In this document: piece by piece, positions 51,377-63,640 of the stretch | Numbering within the stretch: position 1 is the stretch's first letter | How the letters are laid out: each line of letters begins with the position of its first letter | DNA from: Octopus sinensis | Lineage: Eukaryota | Assembly: GCF_006345805.1 (NCBI RefSeq) | Contig: NC_043007.1 | Location: forward strand, 15,624,001-15,688,000 | Direction: 5' to 3' | DNA length: 64,000 nucleotides | Program-made: the position numbers and the translations under genes | Notes under the pieces: generated by a model | What the model was told of the DNA's origin: nothing | Seen by the model: the letters and a program-made list of their open reading frames with translations, nothing else | The model's database searches: none

Positions 51377-52924
51377 CTGCTACTGCTGCTGCTTTAATAT
51401 GTACACGAGAGGTAAATTGTATGATTGAATCTCATATTTAACTCCGCAATCATGGATGATGAGTTTGTATGTAAACTTAGCTTGAATATTGATTTCTAAT
51501 ATAGTTACACAACGATATACTTTCGAGCAGATTATAATTGTTTAAATCCAAACGCGCACATTAATGGTAATTATCTTATTCCTGTCGACTCCATTACTTG
51601 AATGGTAGTTATTTCTTTCTCCTTTAATCGTTCACAACAGCTAAATTACATAAGCAACGAATTAGATGAATCGTTAGAGCGTCGGATAAAACATGTTGCA
51701 GTATTTATTCCGGCTCTTTACCGTCGGTGTTCAGTTCCTGCTAAAATCCAATTAGCTCATCAGCTTTCCGGTGTCAATAAAGAAAGTGTCTGAAAGTGGC
51801 GATTTGACAGAACAGAAACCTTAGCATGCCAGGTAACATTACTAGCGGCATTTCGTCCGTCTTTACGTTCGAATTCCGCCGAGGTCGAATTTGCCTTTCA
51901 TTCCTTCGAGGACGATAAATTAATACCGGATGAGCAGTGGGCTCGATGTGATGGAATTACTCTTCCTCAGAACTTGCTGGCCATGTGCCAAAATTTGAAG
52001 CCAATAACAACAGTACTTGTCATTTTTTTCTCTCGAACCCTAGGACTTATAAGGCCGGTCACCCGAGTTCCATGGTCACCCGAGCTACAGGAAATTCCAG
52101 CTTAAAGGAGACACCGGTCTGTTTCAGGGTTCAAAGCCAGTCTTCTTATAAAGAAGGGGCAAGTCAATTAAATCACCTACAGTTCTTAACTGATACTTAA
52201 TTATAGCGACCTCAAAAGTATGATAGGCAAAGTTGACTTCAGTGGATTTTGAGCACATAACATAAAGCGTCAGGAGAAATACCGCTAAGAATTTTGTTTG
52301 ATGTGCTAACGAGTCTACCTCCTACTAGTTAATTACTGGATTGAAGTGATCAACAACAAATCAGATGCTGTAGCCTCTAAGATTACCTGAGATTGTCTTC
52401 AAATTCGCCTTGGGAGCATTCGTAAATTGTATTGAAGCTTACACATCCTTTGTGTAACTTCATTGGTGTACAGAGATGAGACTTGCTACAAGGAGATTTG
52501 GGAATCTTCACAAAAATAACCTCGTCCGAGCCTATTCTATTAAATGGGAACGATATTGTTGTCTCTCCCTGTACTCAACCAGCACAAACTGAAATGGGAA
52601 AATTTTTCAAGTGCAGCTGAAGGGTTGCACCACACAAATTTAAACTCTCTCTCTCTCTCTCAAAAACACACACAAAAACAAATACACACACTCAAACACA
52701 AACACACACATACACACACAAATACACACACACACACACACAGATATACATATATTGATTAATTCACTTTGTGCGTTGGTTAAACCACTTCAGCTACATT
52801 TCCCAGCGACGCAAAAATTATGTCTATCATAACATACACCTTAAATTCCAATATATATACATACAAACACATATATATCTGTATATATACATGCACACAC
52901 ACATACACACACACGCCCCCATAT

Positions 52925-52976
<52 letters not shown>

Positions 52977-53493
52977 CAGACACACGTACTTTTGTGTATG
53001 TAGATAGAGAAAAATTAGTAGAGAGAAATTGAAATCTTATAATTTATTGTCAAAATATTACCTTTAAAGTACATTAGTACAATTATGGGGTTTCAATAAG
53101 TTCTCTTGAATACAATTGATTATAGAAAATAAGAGAGTTAAAATAAAATGATAAAAGAAAATGGATAAACACGTCCCTCACAGTTATTGAGGTATGAAAT
53201 TAAACAGACAATATAAATAAATCAACAATGTTCTCGATTTATATAATATTTGCAGAACAATTTTATATTGACTTTTTAAAACACACCAAATATAAAAGAA
53301 ATAGCAGAAGAACAATGAACATAATAAAGGTTATTGATCCTACCGTAAAAAAAAAGCCAATCTAAGGAAAAGAAAACAAGATGCTTTCACTACGGTTACT
53401 GCATTGCCTATTTTGTTGTACAGTTTAAGATTTTATTACCTGTTGGGGGGGGGGGGTATGCGGATATAGTTTTGCTTTTAAAATACATTGTGG

Positions 53494-53929
53494 GGATCTT
53501 TTCGGTTTGAACGGCAGTATTTTCTAGCGTTGTCATATGAAATTGTCACCCATAATTATGACCCTAGTATCGATCAATTGCATTTCAATCTGTTTTAGGG
53601 TTAGGGTTAGTTAGGGTTGGGGTTAGGGGTGGGGGGAAAGGTATCTTTTTTTTTTCTTCACATATGTAAATAAACCCAATCTGTTTCTTAAACGAGGGAC
53701 ATATTCATACGGCACAGAATGTTTTTTTACCTCAATACACGTCACTGATTGGTTGAAATTGCAGAAATTGAAGAAAAACACAACAAATATCTTACAAACT
53801 ATAGAATTTTCTCAATAAAGCCAAGAGAAAAAGATATTTTATAAACACATTCTACCAGTATACGAAGTTTAAAATTTTTTAGTTACCTAGAAATTATGTT
53901 AAAAGCTGCCGTTCAAACCGAAAAGATCT
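53494..53929 (+). mobile_element. GGATC-ended MITE containing TTAGGG-like repeats
   Basis: TIRs GGATCTTTTCGGTTTGAACGGCAG / CTGCCGTTCAAACCGAAAAGATCT; inverse copy at 62568-62979. Confidence 0.9.
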
Positions 53930-54648
53930 TAGTTTTGCTTTTGAAAGACATTGTGGATTTCTTTTATATAACACTTACATATAATATATCTAATATAAAT
54001 TTCGTAATTATTCGATAACGTTTCCTTTAATGCATTTCTCTTAATGAGATCTACGGCTTATAATCGCATTTTTTCCCTTCCTAATTAATTCTGTATTGTT
54101 GAGGAAAGCATGTTTTGTAAATCTCTTTATGATGCAGACACATGCAGTTCGTTATTGATATGTTCCAGTTCTGTCTGGTGGCGGAATGCTTTGCCATACA
54201 AGTAGTCTTATTAAACATTCCCTCTAAAGATTTTAGTCATTTACTATCCGTGGAAAACTACTACGTTATGGTTTAAAGGAATGTGATTGCGTGTAATGCT
54301 AATGTATATGTTGACGTCTACGTGTTTGCGTAGCCCCACTCTCTCTCTCTGTCTCTTCCTTTCTCTCTGTCTCCTCCTCTCTCTTTCTCTCTCCCTCTCT
54401 TTTCCTCTCTCTTCCTTTCATTTTCTCTCCCCCTCTCTCTATCTCTATCTCTCTCTGTTTTTCTCTTTCGCAGCCTCTTTCTCTACTCGACTCTCTTTCT
54501 CTGTGTGTCTCTCTCTCCTTCTCTTGGTAGCTAGCTACAGACCCAGACGACCAAATGGATAATACAACGATATTTCAGTCGAAATATCAGTCGTTCGAAT
54601 ATTGCTACTGCCATTGTCTTGTTGCTGGGGGTAATTGATATCTTAAAT

Positions 54649-55220
54649 AAGGCGGCGAGCTGGCAGAGACTTTAGCACGCCGGGCGAAATACTTAGCAGT
54701 GTTTCGTCTGCCGCTACGTTCTGAGTTCAAATTCAGCCGAGGTCGACTTTGCCTTTCATCCTTTCAGGGTCGATTAAATAAGTACCAGTTAAGCACTGGG
54801 GTCGATATAATCGACTTAATCCGTTTGTCTGTCCTTGTTTGTGCCCTCTGTGTTTAGCCCCTTGTGGGTAGTAAAGAAATAGGTATTTCGTCTGCCGCTA
54901 CGTTCTGAGTTCAAATTCCGCCGAGGTCGACTTTGCCATTCATCCTTTCAGGGTCGATTAAATAAGTACCAGTTATGCACTGGGGTCGATATAATCGACT
55001 TAATCCGTTTGTCTGTCCTTGTTTGCCCCCTCTGTTTGTAGCCCCTTGTGGGTAATAAAGAAATAAGCATTTCGTCCGCCTTTAATGCTCTGAGTTCAAA
55101 TTCCGCCGAGAACATCGACTTTGTCTTTCATTCTTTTGGGATTGATAAAATAATTACCAGTTGAGCATTGGAGTCGATACAACCCATTTATCCCTCTCCA
55201 GCAAAATTGCTGGCCTTGTG
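54649..55220 (+). mobile_element. Family-B SINE, three units
   Basis: Head, two young units and one older unit ending GGCCTTGTGCCAAAA.TTGAAACC. Confidence 0.9.
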
Positions 55221-55575
55221 CCAAAAATTGAAACCAATATTAATATTCGTCAAACAGACGGATGAACAAATCCAGTTATATGAAAATAGAGACCCAGTAG
55301 TAGGAAAAATGGCAAGAGTTGCCACTTATCCAACAAATGGCATCTCTTTAGGCAGAAACCCAAATTTACAAATGAATCTCTATTTTATATTGCTAATTCT
55401 CCTAGAAGCATACGTTTGATAGTTTCCCATTAAACATTTCATAGGTATGGAAACTTTTATTGGTACGCCATGTGAATAAAGAGATTAAAGAACTTGCTTC
55501 TAGGTAATCTTCAATTACCATGTGTGTTTAATTTTATGGAGCTATGGATATTTCCAATATATATATATATATATA

Positions 55576-55970
55576 CTAGCAGTATCGCCCGGCGTTGCTC
55601 GGGTTTGTAAGGGAAATAACTATAAAGCATTTTTAGAGAGTTATAGCCAAAAATAGCAAAAAATGCATTAAAAATGGAATAAAATTGATGGTAATTTTAT
55701 TTTTAAATCGTTGACTCATTGTAGACATTTTTAGAGAGTTACTTCCCTTATATTTAAAAAAATATGCATAAAAATGGAAAAAAAATGATGGTAAATTATT
55801 TTTTAAATCGTAGACTCATCGTAGACGCGTGCTAATACCCAGAAGGGCTTGATATGAATGACGACTATAAGATACCCGGTTTTGGTTAAACTGCACCGCA
55901 AAATGTCGGAGTAGTTAGGAATCTAAATCGGAGTAGACAGACACACAACCTTTCTTTATATATAAAAAGA
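55576..55970 (-). mobile_element. Non-autonomous Helitron-like element
   Basis: Antisense copy of 35177-35577. Confidence 0.85.
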
Positions 55971-57625
55971 TATATGTGTGTGTATGTGCGTGCGTGTGTG
56001 TGTTGAGGCACATGGACTAGTGGTTAGAGCAGCGGACTCGCGGACGAGGGATCGCAGGTTCGACTCTCAGAACGGGTGATGAGCGAAATACCTAAGCTCC
56101 ACGCGGCATATCTTATCGAATCGGAAAGAATGAAAGGCAAAGTCGATCGCGACAGAATTTGAACTCAGAACGTAAGGAGTCACAATAAATGCCGCTAAGC
56201 ATTTTTTGTCCGGCGTGCGAACGATTTTGCCAGTTGGCCGCATATATATTTGTGTATAATAAAATGATGAATAACACATTTTTCAAAACGTCCATGTATA
56301 ACTTATGGATGTTCTGAAAGAACAAATCAAATATTATTTTAAAAATCCGTGGCGTACTTAGACATAACTTCTGACGCTCAGTACACTTAGGTACTTCTTA
56401 CAATACGCAAGAGCACCTTAGTCTTGCACCAGTGGGCCCAGTTACTTTTTGTGAGGCGGTAGTGGTCCTAGATACTCCTTACGATGTGCCATTGCGCCTA
56501 GAAAATCCTCGCTGCACTTCAGTGCATATAGATACGGCGAACCAGTGTCCTCTACTCCCAGAACACTCTTGCGGCAAGCCAGTGCTCCCAGTTACTCCCT
56601 TACAACGGTCCAGTGCGCCATGATACAGCATACATCCTGCTGCGTCACACTAATTGAAAACCGTTGATAATGAGGCGCCCTCGTCGATATTCTGTTATAG
56701 CGTATTACAGAACTTGAATTCCTTTTGATATATTTTATTCTGATCTACAGAAACAGCACCAGCAAGCAATATTATTTTACGTAGGCAAACCTGTTTGCTG
56801 TACGTCTATAGAAAAAAAGTGGAGGCATCTACATTGCTACTCCTTTTGTAATGTTATCCTATTTAAACATACAAAATACTGTATAAGTCAAACAAAGAAA
56901 GAAGCTTGGAATATAAATAATCATCTTCGTTATGTTGTTGTTCTGGTACTCATGCTGTAGTGTGATAGAGTTCAGTTTTTTTTTTTGTTTTGTTTTCTTG
57001 TTTCATGTTGCTTCTTTTTTTTTCTTTCATTTATTTTCTACGTATTTTTTTTTTGTTCTCTTTATCAGAAAGTAACTTCTGAAAGTGACTAATAACTAGG
57101 TTTCGCTTTCATAAGTAAACAAGAGCAAACGTTTTACACTGCTGCGAAAACTTCGATTAAAGGGGAGAAAAATCACTATTTAGAAAAGGAAAGAAACAAT
57201 AATTAGAGATCGAAGATGTTTATTGAGAACGTTAGATGACTAGATAGTTATTATGTACCTTATTATTAACTCGCTGCTGTTCGCTTTCAGAAAGACTTGG
57301 CCATTTTTAGGTAGAACTTGAATAATACCTATTGATCTTACGTTAATTACACTGTATCTTTCATATAACATGCACATAAAAGATGCAATTTAGTGTAGAA
57401 TGGATTTAAGGTTTTAATAACGTCGAACGAACTGGTGTCGACAATTACCTATCTTCTCGTGAACAGCAGCTTTATCAGCAGTTAGCGTTGCCTCTACACT
57501 TTTCTAATAGACTGAAGAGCACTTCTTCGTTTCACGAGAATAGAATCTAAATTCATGGAAGCAAAGCTTAGACGTACGCATCAAATTTATATAAGCTTAA
57601 CCAAACTTTTATGATTTGCTTGTTT

Positions 57626-58304
57626 CTGTGATCGGACTGCGGCTTTGCTGGAGCATCGCATGGAAAGGCTTAGTAATCGCACTGCGGCTTTGCTGGAGCA
57701 TCGCATGGAAATGTTTAGTGATCGCACTGCGGCTTTGCTGGAGCATCGCATGGAAAGGTTTAGTGATCGCTCTGCGGCTTTGCTGGAGCATCGCATGGAA
57801 AGGTTTAGTGATCAGACTGCGGCTTTGCTTTAGCATCGCATGGAAAGGTTTAGTGATCGGACTGCGGCTTTGCTGGAGCATCGCCTGGAAAGGTTTAGCG
57901 ATCGCACTGCGGCTTGGCTGGAGCATCGCATGGAAAGGTTTAGCGATCGGACTGCGGCTTGGCTGGAGCATCGCATGGAAAGGTTTAGTGATCGCACTGC
58001 GGCTTTGCTGGAGCATCGCATGGAAAGGTTTAGCGATCGCACTGCGGCTTGGCTGGAGCATCGCATGGAAAGGTTTAGTGATCGCACTGCGGCTTTGCTG
58101 GAGCATCGCATGGAAAGGTTTAGCGATCGCACTGCGGCTTGGCTGGAGCATCGCATGGAAAGGTTTAGTGATCGGACTGCGGCTTTGCTGGAGCATCGCA
58201 TGGAAAGGTTTAGTGATCGCACTGCGGCTTTGCTGGAGCATCGCATGGAAAGGTTTAGCGATCGCTCTGCGGCTTTGCTGGAGCATCGCATGGAAAGGTT
58301 TAGT
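57626..58304. repeat. 45-bp minisatellite (about 15 copies) inside an old family-C SINE
   Basis: Unit TGATCGCACTGCGGCTTTGCTGGAGCATCGCATGGAAAGGTTTAG; flanks continue as the antisense family-C tail to ~58440. Confidence 0.93.
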
Positions 58305-58710
58305 CGAACAAATTGACCCCTGTACGTATTCCTTTATGATCTGGTACTTATTCTATCGGTTCCTTTTGGCGAACCGTTACGCTACAGTGACGTAATGAGA
58401 CCAACACGAGTTGTCAAGCGGTAGTGAGCACAAATACAAAACACGCACGCACACACACAGTCACACGGACGCACACACACACATGTGCACAAACGCCCAT
58501 GTATGTATTAATGTTTTGTTCCATGTTATAATAGAAACAATTTCCCATTAAGCTGAAGGGTTACACAATAACTTTGATGGAGAGCAAATTCATTCGAAGA
58601 GTCGTTGGCTAGCTAAGCCATAATCGAACTGTCCGATGATGGCTTAGCTGATAGAAACTTCGAAGTCAGTGTCAGTACTATTCTTGTTAAAAAATTATAT
58701 GTATGTATGT

Positions 58711-58751
<41 letters not shown>

Positions 58752-58776
58752 CATATATAAAGATGTTACACACACA

Positions 58777-58857
<81 letters not shown>

Positions 58858-58944
58858 CATATATCACATATATATATCAAAATGTAACTACATGTGAATC
58901 GTTGGCGATGTTCTTCCTCCGTCTTCCTTTTCTATTGAACAAAT

Positions 58945-59114
58945 AGGGGCTACAATAAGGGTGGAGCACTTGAACCACTGCTTGGAACCGCTCGAATACT
59001 CCGGAAGGTGCTCGAAAAATAAGAGGTGTTACCTTAGTTCACTGGTAGTGAACAGCTGACACTGTAGTACATACATCTTCAGCGTTAGAAGCTGTGCAAT
59101 GACGATAATAATAA

Positions 59115-59117
<3 letters not shown>
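58945..59117 (+). mobile_element. Dong/R4-like LINE 3' end
   Basis: LLGTARILRKVLEK* followed by a short 3' UTR and an (AAT)n tail. Confidence 0.75.
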
Positions 59118-59145
<28 letters not shown>

Positions 59146-59294
59146 AAGAAGAAGAAGAAGAAGAAGAAAGAAAGAAAAGAAAGAAAGCAAACAGAAAGAA
59201 AGAAAGAAAGAAAGAAAGCAAACAGAAAGAAAGAAAGAAAGAAAGAAAGCAAACAGAAAGAAAGAAAGAAAGAAAGCAAACAGAAAGAAAGAAG

Positions 59295-59700
59295 AAAAGG
59301 CCGTGGACCCATTGTTGAAACATACGTAGAAGGCCAGTGTCATTAAAATTGAAATATGTGTAATGAAAGAAAAATTTAATGAAGAAATGAACACAAAAAA
59401 TGAAAAAGCATGGAAGGTAAAAAAAAATGTATGGTCAGTTTGCAAGAGATGTAAACGCCATGACAGATGCAGAGGACCGGTGGCTATGGATGAAGAGGAT
59501 TGAACCGAAGGTAGAGGCAGAAACGCTCATATGCGCAGCTCAAGAAGGAGAGTTAAGGATCAACTGTGAAGTACAGAATAGGCAACACTACAGACAGCGA
59601 CAAATGCAGAATCTGTAGTGAGAGTGGTGAAACGCTTCAGTGAATTCCCGGAATTGGCACAACGCGAATACAAAAGACGACATGCAAGAATGATCCTTTG
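59295..59700 (+). pseudogene. Dong/R4-like (RLE) LINE post-RT relic
   Basis: MYGQFAR...RWLWMK...EAETLICAAQE, then TDSDKCRICSESGET and LAQREYKRRH. Confidence 0.8.
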
Positions 59701-59975
59701 GCAGTTGTTGTACTAGCAAGTAATGTTCGTAGCCACGTCAACATGGCTGTTCGGTTTGAACAGAAATGGCCCGAAACCATGCTGATATATTGGTTCCGTT
59801 GCTAGAAGGTGGTAGGGGTTCGTTCCCTTGTTCGCAATATATCTGATGCAGCTGCGCATCGTTAACCAGCTAGATAAGATGTTCTTTTCAGGTTAAATCC
59901 TCGCAGTAGAGTCCGCTCGAACGGAACAGCCATGTTGAAGTGGCTACGAATATTACTTGCTGGTACAACTACTGC
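59701..59975. mobile_element. MITE / fold-back element with ~60-bp inverted ends
   Basis: GCAGTTGTTGTACTAGCAAGTAATGTTCGTAGCCACGTCAACATGGCTGTTC mirrors GAACAGCCATGTTGAAGTGGCTACGAATATTACTTGCTGGTACAACTACTGC. Confidence 0.8.
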
Positions 59976-60114
59976 AATCATCTCCTAGAGAGATTTTAGA
60001 ACTAGCGTTTTAGCTTGTTCCAAAATAGCACATGCTAGAAATAAGAGCTAAAATTATAGTTAGACATGATGAATATAAGACCATATCCACTTGGGCAATA
60101 TTTGGCGGAAATTT

Positions 60115-60925
60115 AAGTCAGCGAACTGTTACCAGAAACGTTAGCATGGCGGGCGAAATGCTTTGCGGTATTTCATATGCAGTTACGTTCTGAGTTCAAA
60201 TTTCGCCGAGGTCGACTTTGCCTTTCATCCTTTCGGAGTCGATTAAATAAGTACCAGTTACGCACTGGGGTCGATATAATCGACTTAATCCGTTTGTCTG
60301 TCCTTGTTTCTCCTCTCTGTGTGTAGCCCCTTGTGGGTAGTAAAGAAATAGGTATTTCATCTGCCACTACGTTCTGAGTTCAAATTCCGCCGAGGTCGAC
60401 TTTGCCTTTCATCCTTTCGGGGTCGATTAAATAAGTACCAGTTACGCACTGGGGTCGATATAATCGACTTAATCCGTTTGTCTGTCTTTGCTTGTCCTCT
60501 TTGTGTTTATTTCCTTGTGAGTAGCAAAGAAATAGGTATTTCGTCTGTTTTTACGTCTGAGTTCAAATTCTGTCGAGGTTGACTTTGCCTTTCATCATTT
60601 GGGGGTCGATAAATTAAGTACCAGTTGCGTACCGGAGGCGACATAATCGACTGCCCCGCCCTCTTCCAAAATTTCAGGCCTTATGCCTAGAGTAGAAAAG
60701 AATATTTGCCGGAGATTTAAGTCAGCGAGCTTACAGAATCGTTAGCACGTCGGGTGAAATGCCAAGCTGCATTCCACCCTTCTTTACGTTCAAAATCTGC
60801 CGAGGTCAACTTTGCCTTTTATCCTTTCGGACTCGACAAGATACGTACCACTGAAGAACTGGGGTCGAAGCAACCGTCTTATCCCATCCCCCCAAATTCC
60901 TAGCCTCATTCCAAAATTTGAACAC
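60115..60925 (+). mobile_element. Family-B SINE tandem cluster
   Basis: Three units to ~60700 plus an older monomer at 60720-60925. Confidence 0.88.
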
Positions 60926-61022
60926 AATAATCGAAAGAGACCTGACTGCAATTTCTGAAAGATAGTGCAGACGAATGAGCGGTCCCTGTCGTTGGTTCGT
61001 TATGTTGTATTTGGAGATAGGT

Positions 61023-61346
61023 GAGGGCGCGTGGCTTAGTGGTTAGGGCATTCGGCTCATGATCGTAAGGTTGTGAGTTCGATTCCCGGCGACGCGTTCT
61101 GTCCTTGAGCAAGACACTTTATTTCACGTTGCTCCAGTCCACTCAGCTGGTAAAAATGAGTTGTACCTGTATCTCAAAGGGCCAGCCTTGTCACACTCTG
61201 TGTCACGCTGAATCTCCTTGCGAACTACGTTAAGGGTACACGTGTCTGTGGAATGCTCAGCCATTTGCACGTTAATTTCACGAGCAAGCTGTTCCGTTGA
61301 TCGTATCAGCTGGGACTCTCGTCGTCGTAACCGACGGAGTGCTCCA
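61023..61346 (+). mobile_element. SINE with CORE-like body and family-A tail type 1
   Basis: Head GCGTGGCTTAGTGGTTAGGG, body CCTTGAGCAAGACACTT, tail GTTGTACCTGTAT...CCGACGGAGTGCTCC; TSD ATTTGGAGATAGG. Confidence 0.85.
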
Positions 61347-62475
61347 ATTTGGAGATAGGCTTTTACGTTATAAGTTCTGGTCCTGTCCAGAACATTCATC
61401 GTTAATAAAGATAAAGTATTTGTAAAATGCCAGGATGAACTCTATATACGCTTCGCTAAAACCATATATGAATCTGTGCTAATATTATTTAGAAAGCAAT
61501 AAATTCATAAAAGACAAGTTCTTTAAAGCAGAACTGTTACAATCGTTGGTTTAAGTTATTTCACTTTTCTTTTACACTTTAATGACTTTAGGGAATTGCA
61601 TTAACACGATGAATTTCATCTCTTCTTCTTTGTTTTTCTCTTTCTCGCCTTCTCTCTTTCTCTTTGTCTGTCTGTCTTTCTCTCGCTCTCGCACACACAC
61701 ACACATACAACTTTTCAAGGAAACCAGCTGTGATCAGATATTGGGGTGCGATAGGCTTGGCCAGATCTAAATAGTTCAATATGCGCTGTATATTGGAGTA
61801 ACACCTCAAGACTCCCTTACGAATTGAGGCCCCATGGCTTACGTCATACGCATGGGTGTGCGTATGCATGTGAGAGCGTGTGTGAGTTTAAGCATGTGCG
61901 TGTGTGCATGCGTATGTGTGCATGTGTCTGTACATGTGCATGTGTATATTCTAAAACACACGGCCTTTATGACTGAGAAAATAAACCGATACATGCATGG
62001 AATGCGCTGCGTAAAATGCATTATTCCCTAGTGAGCATCTCATGAACAGTATAACGAATCCCGGAGGTAAACATGTCATATCATTGACGTCATAGGCCAT
62101 CATAATGTCATTGGCAATAGTTTATATCTTTTCAATCGAAACTCTTTCACGAATACCAAGATAAAGGATACTCAAATACAGGAAATGCGATACAAAGGAA
62201 AGCAAAGCTGTGCTGTTAGCGCTTCTATTACAACACGCGTTAATAATTCTCTTATATGTTATACTTGTGTCGCTCACTGGACTGCGATCCCGCTGTGGCA
62301 CCACCTTGGATGGTTTAATCAAGCAAATTGGCCCCAGCATGTTTTATTTTATGTCAAGTCTGTGAGTTATATCATTTGCCGAACCACTAGGTGCTGGTAA
62401 AAAACTGGACTAAACCCAGAACCATGTGGTTGGTAAGTATGCTACTTACCACACAGCCACTCCTGCGCCTAAAGA

Positions 62476-63014
62476 CGTTTACAGCACCTAGGTTTCCCAG
62501 GCGGTCACCCATCTAAGTACTAATTTGGCTCGACTTTGCTTAACCTCGGTGATCAGACGAGAACCGGGGATCTTTTGGTTTGAACGGCAGTTTTTAACGT
62601 AATTTCTAGGTAACTAAAAAATTTTAAATTTCGTATACTGGTAGAATGTGTTTATAAAACATCTTTTTTCTCTTGGCTTTATTGAGAAAATTCTATAGTT
62701 TGTAAGGTATTTGTTGTTGTTTTTTTCTTCAATTTCTGCAAGTTCAACAATCAGTGACGTGTATTCTGTGCCGTATGAATATGTCCCTCGTTTAAGAAAC
62801 AGATTTGGTCTATTTACATTTGTGAAGAAAAAAAAGATACCCTTCCCCCACCCCTGACCCTAACTCTAACCGTAACTAACCCTAACCCGAAAATAGATTG
62901 AAATGCAATTGATCGATTCTAGGGTCATAATTATGGGTGACACCGCTAGAAAAACCTGCTGTTCAAACCGAAAAGATCCAGAACCGGTACTTTCAACGTG
63001 ATATGGCCGTAAGT
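62476..63014 (-). pseudogene. 5S rRNA pseudogene interrupted by a MITE
   Basis: Removing 62568-62987 gives ACTTACGGCCATATCACGTTGAAAGTACCGGTTCTCGTCTGATCACCGAGGTTAAGCAAAGTCGAGCCAAATTAGTACTTAGATGGGTGACCGCCTGGGAAACCTAGGTGCTGTAAAC, a metazoan 5S-like sequence. Confidence 0.92.
62568..62979 (-). mobile_element. GGATC-ended MITE with perfect 8-bp TSD
   Basis: TSD AGAACCGG at 62560-62567 and 62980-62987. Confidence 0.93.
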
Positions 63015-63409
63015 TTTTGTTAATGATAATAACAGTTATAACCCGGCATTTCTTGTCTGCTTTCTAATATCGGTAAATTCGACTTATCTTCTAGTACCGA
63101 GCTTCAACAGAAAACATGAATGCGATAACACCTATCCACCCCACCACACTACGCAACCTAACCACTAAATACAGAATAATAAATAAAATCCCTATTATAT
63201 ACTGGAGCGATTTTATCTTACGCACGCCTTCACCAGCAAATATGCAGTTTTTGTGCTTATATTGAAAAATAAATTTTATATTTACTACTACTACTACTAC
63301 TACTACTATTACTACTACTACTACTACTACTGCTGCTGCTACTGCTACTACTACTACTACTATACTACTACTACTACATTTCTATTATTTACTTAATATT
63401 TCTCTGATC

Positions 63410-63640
63410 AAAATGGCGACGAACTGTCTGAATCGTTACGGCACCGGAAAAAAAAAGATTGCTTAGCGACATGTCTTCCGACTTTACATTCTGAGTTCAA
63501 ATGCTGCCGGGCTCGAGTTGCACTTTCATCCTTTCGGTGTCGAAAAATAAGTACCATTTGTGTACAGGGGGGGGGTCGATGTAATTGACTTTTACACACA
63601 CCCAACAACTGCTGGCCTTGTGCTAAAATTTGAAACCAAT
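63410..63640 (+). mobile_element. Old family-B SINE monomer
   Basis: Diverged head and unit; similar old copies at 2170-2340, 51795-52005, 52140-52320, 56112-56235. Confidence 0.75.

Noticed and set aside
57626-58304. CRISPR array or repeat-protein gene
   Set aside because: Units are contiguous with no unique spacers, there are no cas genes, the context is eukaryotic, and the unit derives from a SINE tail.
62476-63014. Functional 5S rRNA gene
   Set aside because: It is interrupted by a 412-bp MITE, carries substitutions and is not in a tandem array.
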